NCBI RefSeq assembly: GCF_964194025.1 | Contig: NC_134471.1 | Span: 11,284,001-11,348,000, forward strand | DNA: 64,000 bases | Direction: 5' to 3' | Origin: Convolutriloba macropyga | Lineage: Eukaryota | Shown here: piece after piece, positions 11,601-25,437 of the stretch | How the letters are laid out: the number at the start of each line of letters is the position of its first letter | How positions within the stretch are numbered: position 1 is the stretch's first letter | Translations under genes and position numbers: made by a program | The notes under the pieces: model-generated | Database searches by the model: none | The model's input: the letters and a program-made list of their open reading frames with translations, nothing else | Told to the model about the DNA's origin: nothing

Positions 11601-14600
11601 ATGAGGCTTAAAACGTCTATCGGAGAGCAACTTGGATAGTAATCAGAATGAAAAGACAAGCGCTACGATTGTATATTGAAGTTGTTGTATCTGCCTATCC
11701 TGGTTCTCTACAGGTCAAGAGGCGACATGATTAAGACTATCAAGATGGTGAACGAGAAATTTGGCCATGATCACTCAATGAGCGATCTTTTTTTGAAGAG
11801 AACTGGTTACAGTCACACTCGGGGATTTATTCATAAGGTACAAAACAAAAAGTACCATCTGAAATTGCGTTTTCCCAACGTGGCGTGATCAAGTGAAATA
11901 GCCTCTCCTGTGAAGTCGGAGAAACTGATAGCGTGCTAGAATTAAAGGTCAGATTGGACACTCATCTAGAAGACTTCGTTTCGCATGGGTTGGCCAAATT
12001 GTGCTGCTTGTCCAATGAGTGATGTAACAAAAAATTGTAGACATTGTCTAAGCGTGAAAAATGTACTTATTTTAGACGTCATTGGGAAGTTAATGGTTTC
12101 TAACTTTTATGTTATCCGTTTTTAAAAGATATTAGAAAATTTCTGAGCTTTGCTCGAATTTGTTGTTCTCTTTGTTCTATCACTTATGACAGCTTCCTTT
12201 TGGTTTTTATGACTTACAGCACACTACTTGAGCAGCGTTGATTGAGGATTAGAAGCAAGCTCTAATATCGGCTTGGTTCCTTAAGTTGAAACTACAGACC
12301 ATTAAGCTGTTTTTTTCGAAAGTAACGTAAAGTTTGATCAAAAATGTAATTCTAAATCACATGAGCGAAAATAATATGTTTGCTGACGAGCAGTTTGACT
12401 TTAGACAAGCGGGATCAACAGCCTTGCCATTACTCCAAATCGTAAAAGACTGGACAAGATATTTCGACGCTGGAAGTTTGAATGGTTGTTTTCTTGCTTT
12501 TTAAAAAGCTGGTGAATGTTCCGCACAGAAGACTAGTGGCCGTGATCTGGATTTTTGGACTTAGAGGCAAAATTTACAAGTGGATAGAAAGCTTCTTCAT
12601 TAATCATAGACAATACGTTGTTGTTAGTGAGAGCGATCAAGTTGCTCCAATGTGAGGAGCAGCATTCCATAGGGAAGCGTTTTAGGCCCACTCTTGTTTA
12701 TTGTTTACTTCAATGATTTGCCTGAATTGGTCTTAAGCAATGTGCTTGTGTGGGGATTACGGAAAATATCGATCGAAAAATCGAGAGTAACGATGATCAC
12801 GACGCTCATCAGGAAAGCCATTATCAATTGAAGGGATGGAGTAAAATCGGTGTCCTTTCATATGTGCTCACACACTTGCCGCTTACAATTCAATAACATG
12901 AGGCTTAAAACGTCTATCGGAGAGCAACGTGGATAGTGATTAGAATGAAAAGACAAGAGCAACGATTGTATATTGAAGTTGTTGTATCTGCCTGCACTTG
13001 TTCTCTACAGGTCAAGAGGCGACATGATTAAGACTATCAAGATGGTGAACGAGACAGTTGCTCATGATCACTCAATGAGCGATCTTTTTTTTGAAGAGAA
13101 CTGGTCACAGTCACACTCGGGGATTTATTCATAAGGTGCAAAATAAAAAGTACCATCTGAAATTTGCGTTTTTCCAACGTGGCGTGACCAAGTGAAATAG
13201 CCTCTCCTGCGAAGTCGTAGAAACTGATAGCGTGCTAGAATTAAAGGTCGGATTGGACACTCATCTAGAAGACTTCCTTTCGCATGGGTTGGCCAAATTG
13301 TGCTGCATGTCCAATGAGTGATGTAACAAAAAATGTAGACATTGTCTGAGCGTGAAAAATGTACTTATTTTAGACATCAATGGGAAGTTAATGGTTTCTA
13401 ACTTTTATGTTATCCGTTTTTAAAAGATATTAGAAAATTTCTGAGCTTTGCTCGAATTTGTTGTTCTCTTTGTTCTATCACTTATGACAGCTTCCTTTTT
13501 GTTTTTATGACTTACAGCACACTACTTGAGCAGCGTTGATTGAGGATTAGAAGCAAGCTCTAATATCGGCTTGGTTCCTTAAGTTGAAACTACAGACCAT
13601 TAAGCTGTTTTTTTTCGAAAGTAACGTAAAGTTTGATCAAAAATGTACTTCTAAATCACATGAGCGAAAATAATATGTTTGCTGACGAGCAGTTTGACTT
13701 TAGACAAGCGGGATCGACAGCCTTGCCATTACTCCAAGTCGTAAAAGACTGGACAAGACATTTCGACGCTTGAAGTTTGAATTGTCGTTTTCTTGCTTTT
13801 TAAAAAGTTTGTGAATGTTCCGCACAGAAGACCAGTGGCCGTGATCTGGATTTGCGGACTTAGAGGCAAAATTTACAAGTGGATTGAAAGCTTCTTCATT
13901 AATCATAGACAATACGTGGTTAGTGAGAGCGATCAAGTGGCTCCAATGTGAGGAGCGGCATTCCATAGGGAAGCGTTTTAGGCCCACTCTTGTTTATTGT
14001 TTACTTCAATGATTTGCCTGAAATGGTCCAAAGCAATGTGCTTGTGGGGATTACGGAAAATATCGATCGAAAAATCGAGAGTAACGATGATCACGACGCT
14101 CATCAGGAAAGCCATTATCAATTGAAGGGATGGAGTAAAATCGGTGTGCTTTCATATGTGCTCACACACTTGCCACTTACAATTCATTAACATGAGGCTT
14201 AAAACGTCTATCGGAGAGCAACGTGGATAGTAATCAGAATGAAAAGACAAGAGCTACGATTGTATATTGCAGTTGTTGTATCTGCCTACACTTGTTCTCT
14301 ACAGGTCAAGAGGCGACATGATTAAGACTATCAAGATGGTGAACGAGACAGTTGGCCATGATCACTCAATGAGCGATCTTTTTTTGAAGAGAACTGGTTA
14401 CAGTCACACTCGGGGATTTATTCATAAGGTGCAAAAAGTACCATCTGAAATTTGCGTTTTTCCAACGTGGCGTGATCAAGTGAAATAGCCTCTCCTGCGA
14501 AGTCGCAGAAACTGACAGCTTGCTAGAATTAAAGGTCAGATTGGACACTCATCTAGAAGACTTCGTTTCGCATGGGTTGGCCAAATTGTGCTGCTTGCCC

Positions 14601-17600
14601 AATGAGTGATGTAACAAAAAATGTAGACATTGTCTGAGCGTGAAAAATGTACTTATTTTAGACATCAATGGGAAGTTAATGGTTTCTAACTTTTATGTTA
14701 TCCGTTTTTAAAAGATATTAGAAAATTTCTGAGCTTTGCTCGAATTTGTTGTTCTCTTTGTTCTATCACTTATGACAGCTTCCTTTTTGTTTTTATGACT
14801 TACAGCACACTACTTGAGCAGCGTTGACTGAGGATTAGAAGCAAGCTCTAATATCGGCTTGGTTCCTTAAGTTGAAACTACAGACCATTAAGCTGTTTTT
14901 TTTCGAAAGTAACGTAAAGTTTGATCAAAAATGTACTTCTAAATCACATGAGCGAAAATAATATGTTTGCTGACGAGCAGTTTGACTTTAGACAAGCGGG
15001 ATCGACAGCCTTGCCATTACTCCAAGTCGTAAAAGACTGGACAAGACATTTCGACGCTTGAAGTTTGAATTGTCGTTTTCTTGCTTTTTAAAAAGTTTGT
15101 GAATGTTCCGCACAGAAGACCAGTGGCCGTGATCTGGATTTGCGGACTTAGAGGCAAAATTTACAAGTGGATTGAAAGCTTCTTCATTAATCATAGACAA
15201 TACGTGGTTAGTGAGAGCGATCAAGTGGCTCCAATGTGAGGAGCGGCATTCCATAGGGAAGCGTTTTAGGCCCACTCTTGTTTATTGTTTACTTCAATGA
15301 TTTGCCTGAAATGGTCCAAAGCAATGTGCTTGTGGGGATTACGGAAAATATCGATCGAAAAATCGAGAGTAACGATGATCACGACGCTCATCAGGAAAGC
15401 CATTATCAATTGAAGGGATGGAGTAAAATCGGTGTGCTTTCATATGTGCTCACACACTTGCCACTTACAATTCATTAACATGAGGCTTAAAACGTCTATC
15501 GGAGAGCAACGTGGATAGTAATCAGAATGAAAAGACAAGAGCTACGATTGTATATTGCAGTTGTTGTATCTGCCTACACTTGTTCTCTACAGGTCAAGAG
15601 GCGACATGATTAAGACTATCAAGATGGTGAACGAGACAGTTGGCCATGATCACTCAATGAGCGATCTTTTTTTGAAGAGAACTGGTTACAGTCACACTCG
15701 GGGATTTATTCATAAGGTGCAAAAAGTACCATCTGAAATTTGCGTTTTTCCAACGTGGCGTGATCAAGTGAAATAGCCTCTCCTGCGAAGTCGCAGAAAC
15801 TGACAGCTTGCTAGAATTAAAGGTCAGATTGGACACTCATCTAGAAGACTTCGTTTCGCATGGGTTGGCCAAATTGTGCTGCTTGCCCAATGAGTGATGT
15901 AACAAAAAATGTAGACATTGTCTAATTGTGAAAAATGTACTTATTTTAGACGTCAATGGGAAGTTAATGGTTTGTAAATTTTATGTTATGCGTTTTTAAA
16001 AGATATTAGAAAATTTCTGAGCTTTGCTCGAATTTGTTGTTCTCTTTGTTCTATCACTTATGACAGCTTCCTTTTGGTTTTTATGACTTACAGCACACTA
16101 CTTGAGCAGCGTTGACTGAGGATTAGAAGCAAGCTCTAATATCGGCTTGGATCCTTAAGTTGAAACTACAGACCATTAAGCTGTTTTTTTCGAAAGTAAC
16201 GTAAAGTTTGATCAAAAATAAACTTCTAAATCACATGAGCGAAAATAATATGTTTGCTGACGAGCAGTTTGACTTTAGACAAGCGGGATCAACAGCCTTG
16301 CCATTACTCCAAGCCGTAAAAGACTGGACAAGACATTTCGACGCTGGAAGTTTGAATTGTTGTTTTCTTGCTTTTTAAAAAGTTTGTGAATGTTCCGCCC
16401 AGACCAGTGGCCGTGATCTGGATTTGCGGACTTAGAGGCAAAATTTACAAGTGGATAGAAAGCTTATTCATTAATCATAGACAATACATTGTTGTTTGTG
16501 CGAGCGATCAAGTGGCTCCAATGTGAGGAGCGGCATTCCATAGGGAAGCGTTTTAATCCCACTCTTGTTTATTGTTTACTTCAATGATTTGCCTGAAATG
16601 GTCCAAAGCAATGTGCTTGTGTGGGGATTACGGAAAATATTGATCGAAAAATCGAGAGTAACGATGATCACGACGCTCATAAGGAAAGCCATTATCAATT
16701 GAAGGGATGGAGTAAAATTGGTGTGCTTTCATATGTGCTCACACACTTGCCACTTACAATTCATTAACATGAGGCTTAAAACGTCTATCGGAGAGCAACG
16801 TAGATAGTAATCAGAATGAAAAGACAAGAGCTACGATTGTATATTGAAGTTGTTGTATCTGCCTACACTGGTTCTCTACAGGTCAAGAGGCGAGATGATT
16901 AAGACTATCAAGATGGTGAACGAGACAGTTGGCCATGATCACTCAATGAGCGATCTTTTTTTGAAGAGAACCGGTTACAGTCACACTCAGGGATTTATTC
17001 ATAAGGTGCAAAACAAAAAGTACCATCTGAAATTTGCGTTTTCCCAACGTGGCGTGATCAAGTGAAATAGCCTCTCCTGCGAAGTCATAGAAACTGATAG
17101 CGTGCTAGAATTAAAGGTCAGGTTGGACACTCATCTACAAGACTTCGTTTCGCATGGGTTGGCTTAATTGTGCTGCTTGTCCAATGAGTGATGTAACAAA
17201 AAATTGTAGACATTGTCTAAGCGTGAAAAATGTACTTATTTTAGACGTCAATGGGAAGTTAATGATTTCTAACTTTTATTTTATCCGTTTTTAAAAGATA
17301 TTACAAAATTTTTGAGCTTTGCTCGAGTTTGTTGTTCTCTTTGTTCTATCACTTATGACAGCTTCCTTTTGGTTTTTATGACTTACAGCACACTGCTTGA
17401 GCAGCGTTGACTGAGGATTAGAAGCAAGCTCTAATATCGGCTTGGTTCCTTAAATTGAAATTGCAGACCATTAAGCTGTTTTTTTCGAAAGTAACGTAAA
17501 GTTTGATCAAAAAAGTAATTCTAAATCACATGAGCGAAAACAATATGTTTGCTGACGAGCAGTTTGACTTAAGATAAGCGGGATCAACAGCCTTGCCATT

Positions 17601-20600
17601 ACTCCAAGTCGTAAAAGACTGGACAAGACATTTCGGCGCTAGAAGTTTGAATGGTTGTTTTCTTGCTTTTTAAAAAGTTTGTGAATGTTCCGCACAGAAG
17701 ACTAGTGGCCGTGATCTGGATATGCGGACTCAGAGGCAAAATTTACAAGTGGGTAGAAAGCTTCTTCATTAATCATAGACAATACGTGGTTGTTTGTGAG
17801 AGCGATCAAGTGGCTCCAATGTGAGAAGCGGCATTCCATAGGGAAGCGTTTTAGGCCCACTCTTGTTTATTGTTTACTTCAATGATTTGCCTGAAATGGT
17901 CCAAAGCAATGTGCTTCTTTGGGGATTACGGAAAATATTAATCGAAAAATCGAGAGTAACGATGATCACGACGCTCATCAGGAAAGCCATTATCAATTGA
18001 AGGGATGGAGTAAAATCGGTGTGCTTTCATATGTGCTCACACACTTGCCACTTACAATTCATTAACATGAGGCTTAAAACGTCTGTCGGACAGCAACGTG
18101 GATAGTAATCAGAATGAAAAGACAAGAGCTACGATTGTATATTCAAGTTGTTGTATCTGCCTGCACTTGTTCTCTACAGGTCAATAGGCGACATGATTAA
18201 GACTATCAAGATGGTGAACGAGAAAGTTGGCCATGATCACTCAATGAGCGATCTTTTTTTGAAGAGAACTCGTTACGGTCACACTCAGGGATTTATTCAT
18301 AAGGTGCAAAACAAAAAGTACCATCTGAAATTTGCGTTTTCCCAACGTGGCGTGATCAAGTGAAATAGCCTCTCCTGCGAAGTCATAGAAACTGATAGCG
18401 TGCTAGAATTAAAGGTCAGATTGGACACTCATCTAGAAGACTTCGTTTCGCATGGGTTGGCCAAATTGTGCTGCTTGTCCAATGAGTGATGTAACAAAAA
18501 ATTGTAGACATTGTCTAAGCGTGAAAAATGTACTTATTTTAGACGTCAATGAGAAGTTAATGGTTTCTAACTTTTATGTTATCCGTTTTTAAAAGGTATT
18601 AGAAAATTTTTGAGCTTTGCTCGAAATTGTTGTTCTCTTTGTTCTATCACTTATGACAGCTTCCTTTTGGTTTTTATGACTTACAGCGCACTACTTGAGC
18701 AGCGTTGACTGAGGATTAGAAGCAAGCTCTAATATCGGCTTGGTTCCCTAACTTGAACCTACAGACCATTGAGCTGTTTTTTCGAAAGTAACGTAAAGTT
18801 TGATCAAAAATGTAATTCTAAATCACATAAGCGAAAATATTTTGTTTGCTGACGAGCACTTTGACTTTAGACAAGCGGGATCAACAGCTTTGCCATTACT
18901 CCAAGTCGTAAAAGACTGGAAAGATATTTCGACGCTGGATTTGAATGGTTGTTTTCTTGCTTTTTAAGAAGTTTGAATGTTCCGCACAGAAGACTAGTGG
19001 CCGTGATCTGGATTTGCGGACTTAGAGGCAAAATTTACAAGTGGATAGAAAGCTTTTTCATTAATCATAGACAATACGTTGTTGTTAGTGAGAGCGATCA
19101 AGTTGCTCCAATGTGAGGAGCGGCATTCCATAGGGAAGCGTTTTAGGCCCACTCTTGTTTAGTGTTTATTTCAATGATTTGCCTGAAATGGTCCAAAGCA
19201 ATGTGCTTGTGGGGATTACGGAAAATATCGATCGAAAAATCGAGAGTAACGATGATCACGACGCTCATCAGGAAAGCCATTATCAATTGAAGGGATGGAG
19301 TAAAATCGGTGTGCTTTCATATGTGCTCACACACTTGCCACTTACAATTCATTAACATGAGGCTTAAAACGTCTATCGGAGAGCAACGTGGATAGTAATC
19401 AGAATGAAAAGACAAGAGCTACGATTGTATATTGAAGTTGTTGTATCTGCCTACACTTGTTCTCTACAGGTCAAGAGGCGGCATGATTAAGACTATCAAG
19501 ATGGTGAACGAGAAAGTTGGCCATGATCACTCAATGAGCGATCTTTTTTTGAAGAGAACTGGTTACAGTCACACTCGGGGATTTATTCATAAGGTACAAA
19601 ACAAAAAGTACCCTCTGAAATTGCGTTTTCCCAACGTGGCGTGATCAAGTGAAATAGCCTCTCCTGTGAAGTCGGAGAAACTGATAGCGTGCTAGAATTA
19701 AAGGTCAGATTGGACACTCATCTAGAAGACTTCGTTTCGCATGGGTTGGCCAAATTGTTCTGCTTGTGCAATGAGTGATGTAACAAAAAATTGTAGACAT
19801 TGTCTAAGCGTGAAAAATGTACTTATTTTAGACGTCAATGGGAAGTTAATGGTTTCTATCTTTTATGTTATCCGTTTTTAAAAGATATTAGAAAATTTCT
19901 GAGCTTTGCTCGAATTTGTTGTTCTCTTTGTTCTATCACTTATGACAGCTTCCTTTTGGTTTTTATGACTTACAGCACACTACTTGAGCAGCTTTGACTC
20001 AGGATTAGAAGCAAGCTCTAATATCGGCTTGGTTCCCTAAGTTGAACCTACAGACCATTGAGCTGTTTTTTCGAAAGTAACGTAAAGTTTGATCAAAAAT
20101 GTAATTCTAAATCACATGAGCGAAAATAATGTTTGCTGACGAGCAGTTTGTCTTTAGACAAGCGGGATCAACAGCCTTGCCATTACTCCAAGTCGTAAAA
20201 GACTGGACAAGACATTTCGACGCTGGAAGATTGAATGGTTGTTTTCTTGCTTTTTAAAAAGTTTGTGAATGTTCCTTCCGCACAGAAGACTAGTGGCCGT
20301 GATCTGGATTTGCGGACTTAGAGGCAAAATTTACAAGTGGATAGAAAGCTTCTTCATTAATCATAGACAATACGTGGTTGTTAGTGAGAGCGATCAAGTG
20401 GCTCCAATGTGAGGAGCGGCATTCCATAGGGAAGCGTTTTAGGCCCACTCTTGTTTATTGTTTACTTCAATGATTTGCCTGAAATGGTCCAAAGCAATGT
20501 GCTTCTTTGGGGATTACGGAAAATATTAATCGAAAAATCGAGAGTAACGATGATCACGACGCTCATCAGGAAAGCCATTATCAATTGAAGGGATGGAGTA

Positions 20601-21103
20601 AAATCGGTGTGCTTTCATATGTGCTCAGACACTTGCCACTTACAATTCATTAACATGAGGCTTAAAACGTCTGTCGGACAGCAACGTGGATAGCAATCAG
20701 AATGAAAAGACAAGAGCTACGATTGTATATTCAAGTTGTTGTATCTGCCTGCACTTGTTCTCTACAGGTCAATAGGCGACATGATTAAGACTATCAAGAT
20801 GGTGAACGAGAAAGTTGGCCATGATCACTCAATGAGCGATCTTTTTTTGAAGAGAACTGGTTACGGTCACACTCGGGGATTTATTCATAAGGTGCAAAAC
20901 AAAAAGTACCATTTGAAATTTGCGTTTTCCCAACGTGGCGTGATCAAGTGAAATAGCCTCTCCTGCGAAGTCGTAGAAACTGATAGCGTGCTAGAATTAA
21001 AGGTCAGATTGGACACTCATGTAGAAGAATTCGTTTCGATTGGTATGACCAAATTATGCTGCTTGTCCAATGAGTGATATAACAAAAAATTGTTGACATT
21101 GTC
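5617..21103 (+). repeat. Macrosatellite: 12 tandem ~1.29-kb units derived from the 3' half of a CR1-type LINE
   Basis: GTGAAAAATGTAC unit starts at 5621, 6911, 8210, 9501, 10783, 12054, 13352, 14640, 15928, 17223, 18521, 19810. Each unit encodes broken RT motifs (EQFDFR, VPHRRL, WIESF, GIP*GSVLGPLLFIVYFNDLP) and a CR1-like C-terminus (LPTL..RGDMI, TRG, FSQR, LKVRLD). Confidence 0.97.
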
Positions 21104-22139
21104 GATTTGTTAAGGAGGATTACCTCCCTCACAGAAACCTACGTGTTATCATTTGAGAACCTGAATTTTTGAGTTTCCTCAGTACTTTTTCTTTTCGATG
21201 TTTTAATGCTTACGCTCAATAATTACCGGTATTATCATTAATGAAAAGTATCCTCGGATTTATAGAGAGAGAGATAAATGATTATATAAAATTTCTGTTT
21301 CTAAGGCTTCTTAATAACACTTTCCGTTCGTTTGCTCTTTAAAATAGTCAACTGTTCATTCATTCATTCATTCGTGACGCTACTCAGGGAGTTGACTTTT
21401 GTACGTAGCGTTGTTTCCCCTCTAATAGGATCTGATATGAGTTCCCTTTAAAGCGGGCAAAATAGTCGAATGCGTAGAAAGTACGGATCTTCTGAGGTCA
21501 TTACGTCATTATTGACAATAATTGCACGGGAACTTTTTTCCAATATTGCTTTTTGATATATTGTAATCTTGCAGTGCTTTTGATTGAAAATTTTGGGCAG
21601 ATCATAGTGGTGGAACTGCCTCCCTCCGTTGAAATATAATAATCCTTTATAGAAAGTTTTACACTTTCATAATCGTATGGGGTATCAATGGCCAGTCACC
21701 TATTAGACTTTTTAAATTATAAGTGAAAAGAACACTCGCTTTATTTTTATCCACGGAAAGGAAACATTAGCAGTTGCATTTAATAATAATAATAATAAAT
21801 TGTTCATTTTCTGTTATCGACCAACACAAAAGAAGTTTATTTACTGTGCACAAAAAATATGTACAATGAAGTTCAACAGAAAAAAGAGAAGACCATTAGA
21901 TCATCAGTTGATCCGTTTTCAGGTGCCTCACAATGTAGGAATATCAAAGAACTGTTGATTACGAACTGAAAGAAAATTACTATAGTAATTCAACTATAAA
22001 TCATGAATGGTTAATTTGGTTCAATTATTTAAGCCCTTGACTGTAGTTCCAAATATTTTGAAAACAGATTAGCTGAAAACTAGTAAAATTTAAAGTTACT
22101 AATATAACTGTCTGAGTTTACAATTGTGAGTTTACAAAA

Positions 22140-22704
22140 TCAATTAGACGTAAAAAATGTGTAAAGGTAACCAATTATAAAAAGAGCGTTCAAGAGGATA
22201 AAAATGTAGCCGGAGACCCAGACGAAATTCCCCATTTTTCCATATTCCGGGTATATCCGCACCATTAACATTCCAGGCAAGCCAAGGGTCGAAAAGGAAG
22301 CCAAGATTCCAGCCAGAACAAAAACTTGCGTCATGCCCTGGGCGAAAAGCATGCATAACAATGTAGCAGTAAAATAGATTGTTTTTATGGTGAAGTATTT
22401 TCCAAATGGAATTCTAGAAGCTTCCTCGTCCTTTGTGCTTTTTGTGAAAATTGTGTCTTCGACTACTTTGCACCCTACGAAGCACAACACAGGGTACGAA
22501 GATACGACAGAGGTCATAATGCATACTCGAGCTATGATAGCCATTGGGTCTTTGGTGTCGTAGCTGTTCAGAAAGTCCTCATCTACACTCTGGCCGAAGG
22601 TCAAAAGGACGAAAGCTGCCAATATGGTGTAGATGATGTAGCTTCCGATGTTGGAGACCACTGAGACTATGAACCAGTTAGAAGAGTTGCGGACTTTGAG
22701 GTCA
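22140..22704 (-). CDS. SLC38/Aa_trans family amino-acid transporter (SNAT7/8-like), exon 4 of 4
   Basis: Acceptor TTTCAG, phase 2 matches exon 3. LTFGQSVDEDFLNSY..D..IIARV...VVSSYPVLCFVG resembles SLC38A7/8; several TM segments; stop at 22140-22142. Confidence 0.88.
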
Positions 22705-23038
22705 CTGAAACAAAGTTTGTTGCAATTGTTTTGGTTTTTGTCTGACCCATTTGATCTTTTGAGCGTTATTTTTTTGCGCGTAACTTGAGTTTTGCGTGAT
22801 CTACATTGCTAGCATTCACTATTTTTTCATTATCGATTTATCATTATAAGAACTCGAATTTTCTAGAATATTGATAATTTTAGCATCCAATTATTTATAG
22901 CAATCCAATTAATAAACTTGAAATTTAATGAGATAAACCAAGCAATTCTTTTTTGCAGGGCTTGAATTATGGCCTTTATAAAGAAGCTAGGAGCAGTCTT
23001 TGAATGCAAGTGAAACAGTATATCAATATTTTGTGTAC

Positions 23039-23304
23039 CTGTAGATAGCGGGAGCTGAGTAAAAGCTCTGAAACTCAAATATGACAACGGCAGCAAATCC
23101 CACAAATGCTTGAAAGGTCCAGTCCGATTCGAAAACCATTTCCGGCTTCTCGTGATCTTTCAGCTGCCAGTAGTGCTGAACTGTGAAAATGAGAACGTAG
23201 AAATTGGCGAAGAAACTGGCCACACTGGGATAGTAGAGGAAGTTGACACTTCTTGGAATGCAGAGAGGGTAGATTGTTATAATACACGAAGCTGCAGCTA
23301 TCAC
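23039..23304 (-). CDS. SLC38/Aa_trans transporter, exon 3
   Basis: TATAG acceptor and AG|GTACAC donor. IYPLCIPRSVNFLYYPS..FEFQS..PAIY matches the family pattern LPLSIP..I.F..Y.S / FGFQCH....P. Confidence 0.85.
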
Positions 23305-23684
23305 CTATATAATAAAAATGTAATGAAATTTGTAACATTTTCGTGAAAAACATTTTAACTCAGCGCCTATGAAGATTCTTTATGGAGCTTATTACTGATT
23401 TTTGATTGTGAGCTATCCTGTGAGCGGTTTTAGCAATGTGCTATTTAATAGATCTCTGAAATTTGCCTGCTTCCGTTTCTTTCTCTCAAATTAAAGTGAT
23501 CTTGAAGTACTATTGAGTATTGATCTATTAAGCATTTAGAATAGCAATCATACAATTATATTTGCACTTAATCGAAAAATTGCTTCCCTTTTTTGCGTGA
23601 AATGTAGACAACGTATAATAATGCTCTCAAAGTTGGGATCCTTAGAACGTCGACGATACTGATCAAAGAGAGACTGGCGCAAAC

Positions 23685-23929
23685 CTTATTCCACAGATCC
23701 AAATGAGCTGAAGACATTTCCTCGAAACTGATGAACCACTTGATCAAAGTGACAGATTGATCCTTGACGACCATCATGTAGCTGATGCAAGTTGAGAATG
23801 TGTAACACAGGAGGATGACGTCAATCACTTTCTTAGTTCTGTAGCCAAATAGAACCAGCACTATATCTTGGAATGTGATCTTCTGCGTGATCTCAATCGC
23901 TTTACCAAGGACCATTAAGATGACGATGC
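23685..23929 (-). CDS. SLC38/Aa_trans transporter, exon 2
   Basis: TTTTTAG acceptor (phase 1) and AAG|GTTTGC donor (phase 0). TFQDIV...YTFSTCISYMMVVKDQ resembles the family motif TYQ.VV..YTFGTCIAFLIIIGDQ. Confidence 0.85.
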
Positions 23930-24694
23930 CTAAAAACGTATCAAAATGTACAAGTGTAGCAAAAAAATAGTTGATACTTAAAACGTTCTAAGTTCTGGCC
24001 GAATAGTTGAAAAATTTTTGAAAAAGTTAGCGTGATGCTTAGGAAACTGGACGAGAGTAAACTTTCATCTTACGGCGAAAAGCAGCATTGAGCTATTAGT
24101 CAGGACTGATAGTTGTTGCAGTTATTTATATTCAATGTTGAAGTAGGGCCTCATTCCCGTAATTTTTCAATTGCTCTCAAGCAAGTTTTTGACTACCAAC
24201 TTTTCGTCTGACCATTTGACTTTTTGTCCGTAATTACGGGATTAACAGGTAAAGCCCGGAGGGCATTAAGTTCTCTTTTGAGCTTAGAGCTTCCAGGTGT
24301 GCGATTCACCGACACTTTTAAAGACATAAGTTCAGTTTCAAAGGTGGTTCATAGAGTTTGACCCGCCTCCCGCTTAACTCCCACTTAACCCCCCGCCCAC
24401 CCCCCCCCCCCCCCCCCCCACTTAACGCCCTTCTCAGTCTGCCCTTAATCACCCCTCACCTGCGCTCGTTTAAAGTTGTGCGCAATTCAAATTTTAAGTT
24501 GTTTAGAAGTTTTATTTATTGATCTTGAACGAAGCAATTATTGTAAACGTGTGTTTTTTTTAAATGAAAAGTTCGTTCGGCCGTTTTCTTCTAGAACATT
24601 TAATCTATTTCTTGATTTTTTGCTTTTAAATGACTCTTATTGAGAAGTTAAGTTTCCGTTGCAAAAAAAGCGATTGTAAGGTGGGAGAGCAGCA

Positions 24695-24873
24695 GGGACT
24701 GGTAGCCGAGTGGTTAGTGCTGTAGTCGAGGACGCAGGAGGTCTCTGGCTCGAGTTCTGCTATTGGCGGTTTTTTTTCGCCCATAAAGTTTTCTTTGCTA
24801 CAGACCCCTTTGAATTAAATTGCCCCGCCTGTCATTCAAGAGCAATCTGTCCGACAATCTTTGGTTTATGTTT
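24695..24873 (+). mobile_element. tRNA-derived SINE
   Basis: A-box-like TAGCCGAGTGG and B-box-like GGCTCGAGTTC, then a body (CATAAAGTTT..GCTACA..AATTGCCCCGC.TGTC.TTC.AGAGCAAT..CCGAC..GGTTTATGTT) shared with the 30781 and 36760 copies. Confidence 0.7.
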
Positions 24874-25437
24874 CAAGGTGGTAATTGTTATGGAATTAAG
24901 TTTTTGTTCAATCAAATTTTGATCTTTAAATTTCTAATGCAAATTATATACCTGAGTGTTTTGGTCTAGAATATATTTTTCGATCGCTTGAGTGATTTGA
25001 CTTATCGAGTGACTTTTTTCGCTTAACTTTTTGCGTTGTGCGTTGTTGCTCTTTCACAGAATTCGGCTGTAAAACTGAATTGGCTGCAGTTTAATGCTAA
25101 ACGTGTATAATGTTCGCTGCACTCATATAATGTTTTTTGCTTCGCTGATTTATCTTGTGCCTCGGTGATTAAGGCTAAACTCCCTCAGCCTAAGTTGACT
25201 ATGAACCCCGCGACAATCTTTCGAGAACGATACCTCATCCTGGTAACTATTTCTTATTTGACTTTTAAGTATCCCAGCAGTCGGAATATTGTAACGACGG
25301 TTTTTATAAGTTGCTCTGCGAATGTCAGAATTTTTAAGCCAAATTCCAGTAATTTACTGCTTATTTAAAGCTTTTTTGCCTCCCGTATGGAATTTTTTCA
25401 AATCCCAATTTTCTGCTTAATGTGCTTGATTGATTGA

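Noticed and set aside
6539-20951. Repeated 66-95-aa ORFs as a small-protein gene family
   Set aside because: They are frame fragments of a decayed LINE ORF2, mostly with non-ATG starts and variable frameshifts between units.
5617-21103. Retron, DGR or other functional RT system
   Set aside because: The RT motifs are CR1-type and are inactivated in every unit.
24695-24770. tRNA gene (also at ~30781 and ~36760)
   Set aside because: A and B boxes are present, but no full cloverleaf is evident and a shared non-tRNA body follows, so these are SINEs.
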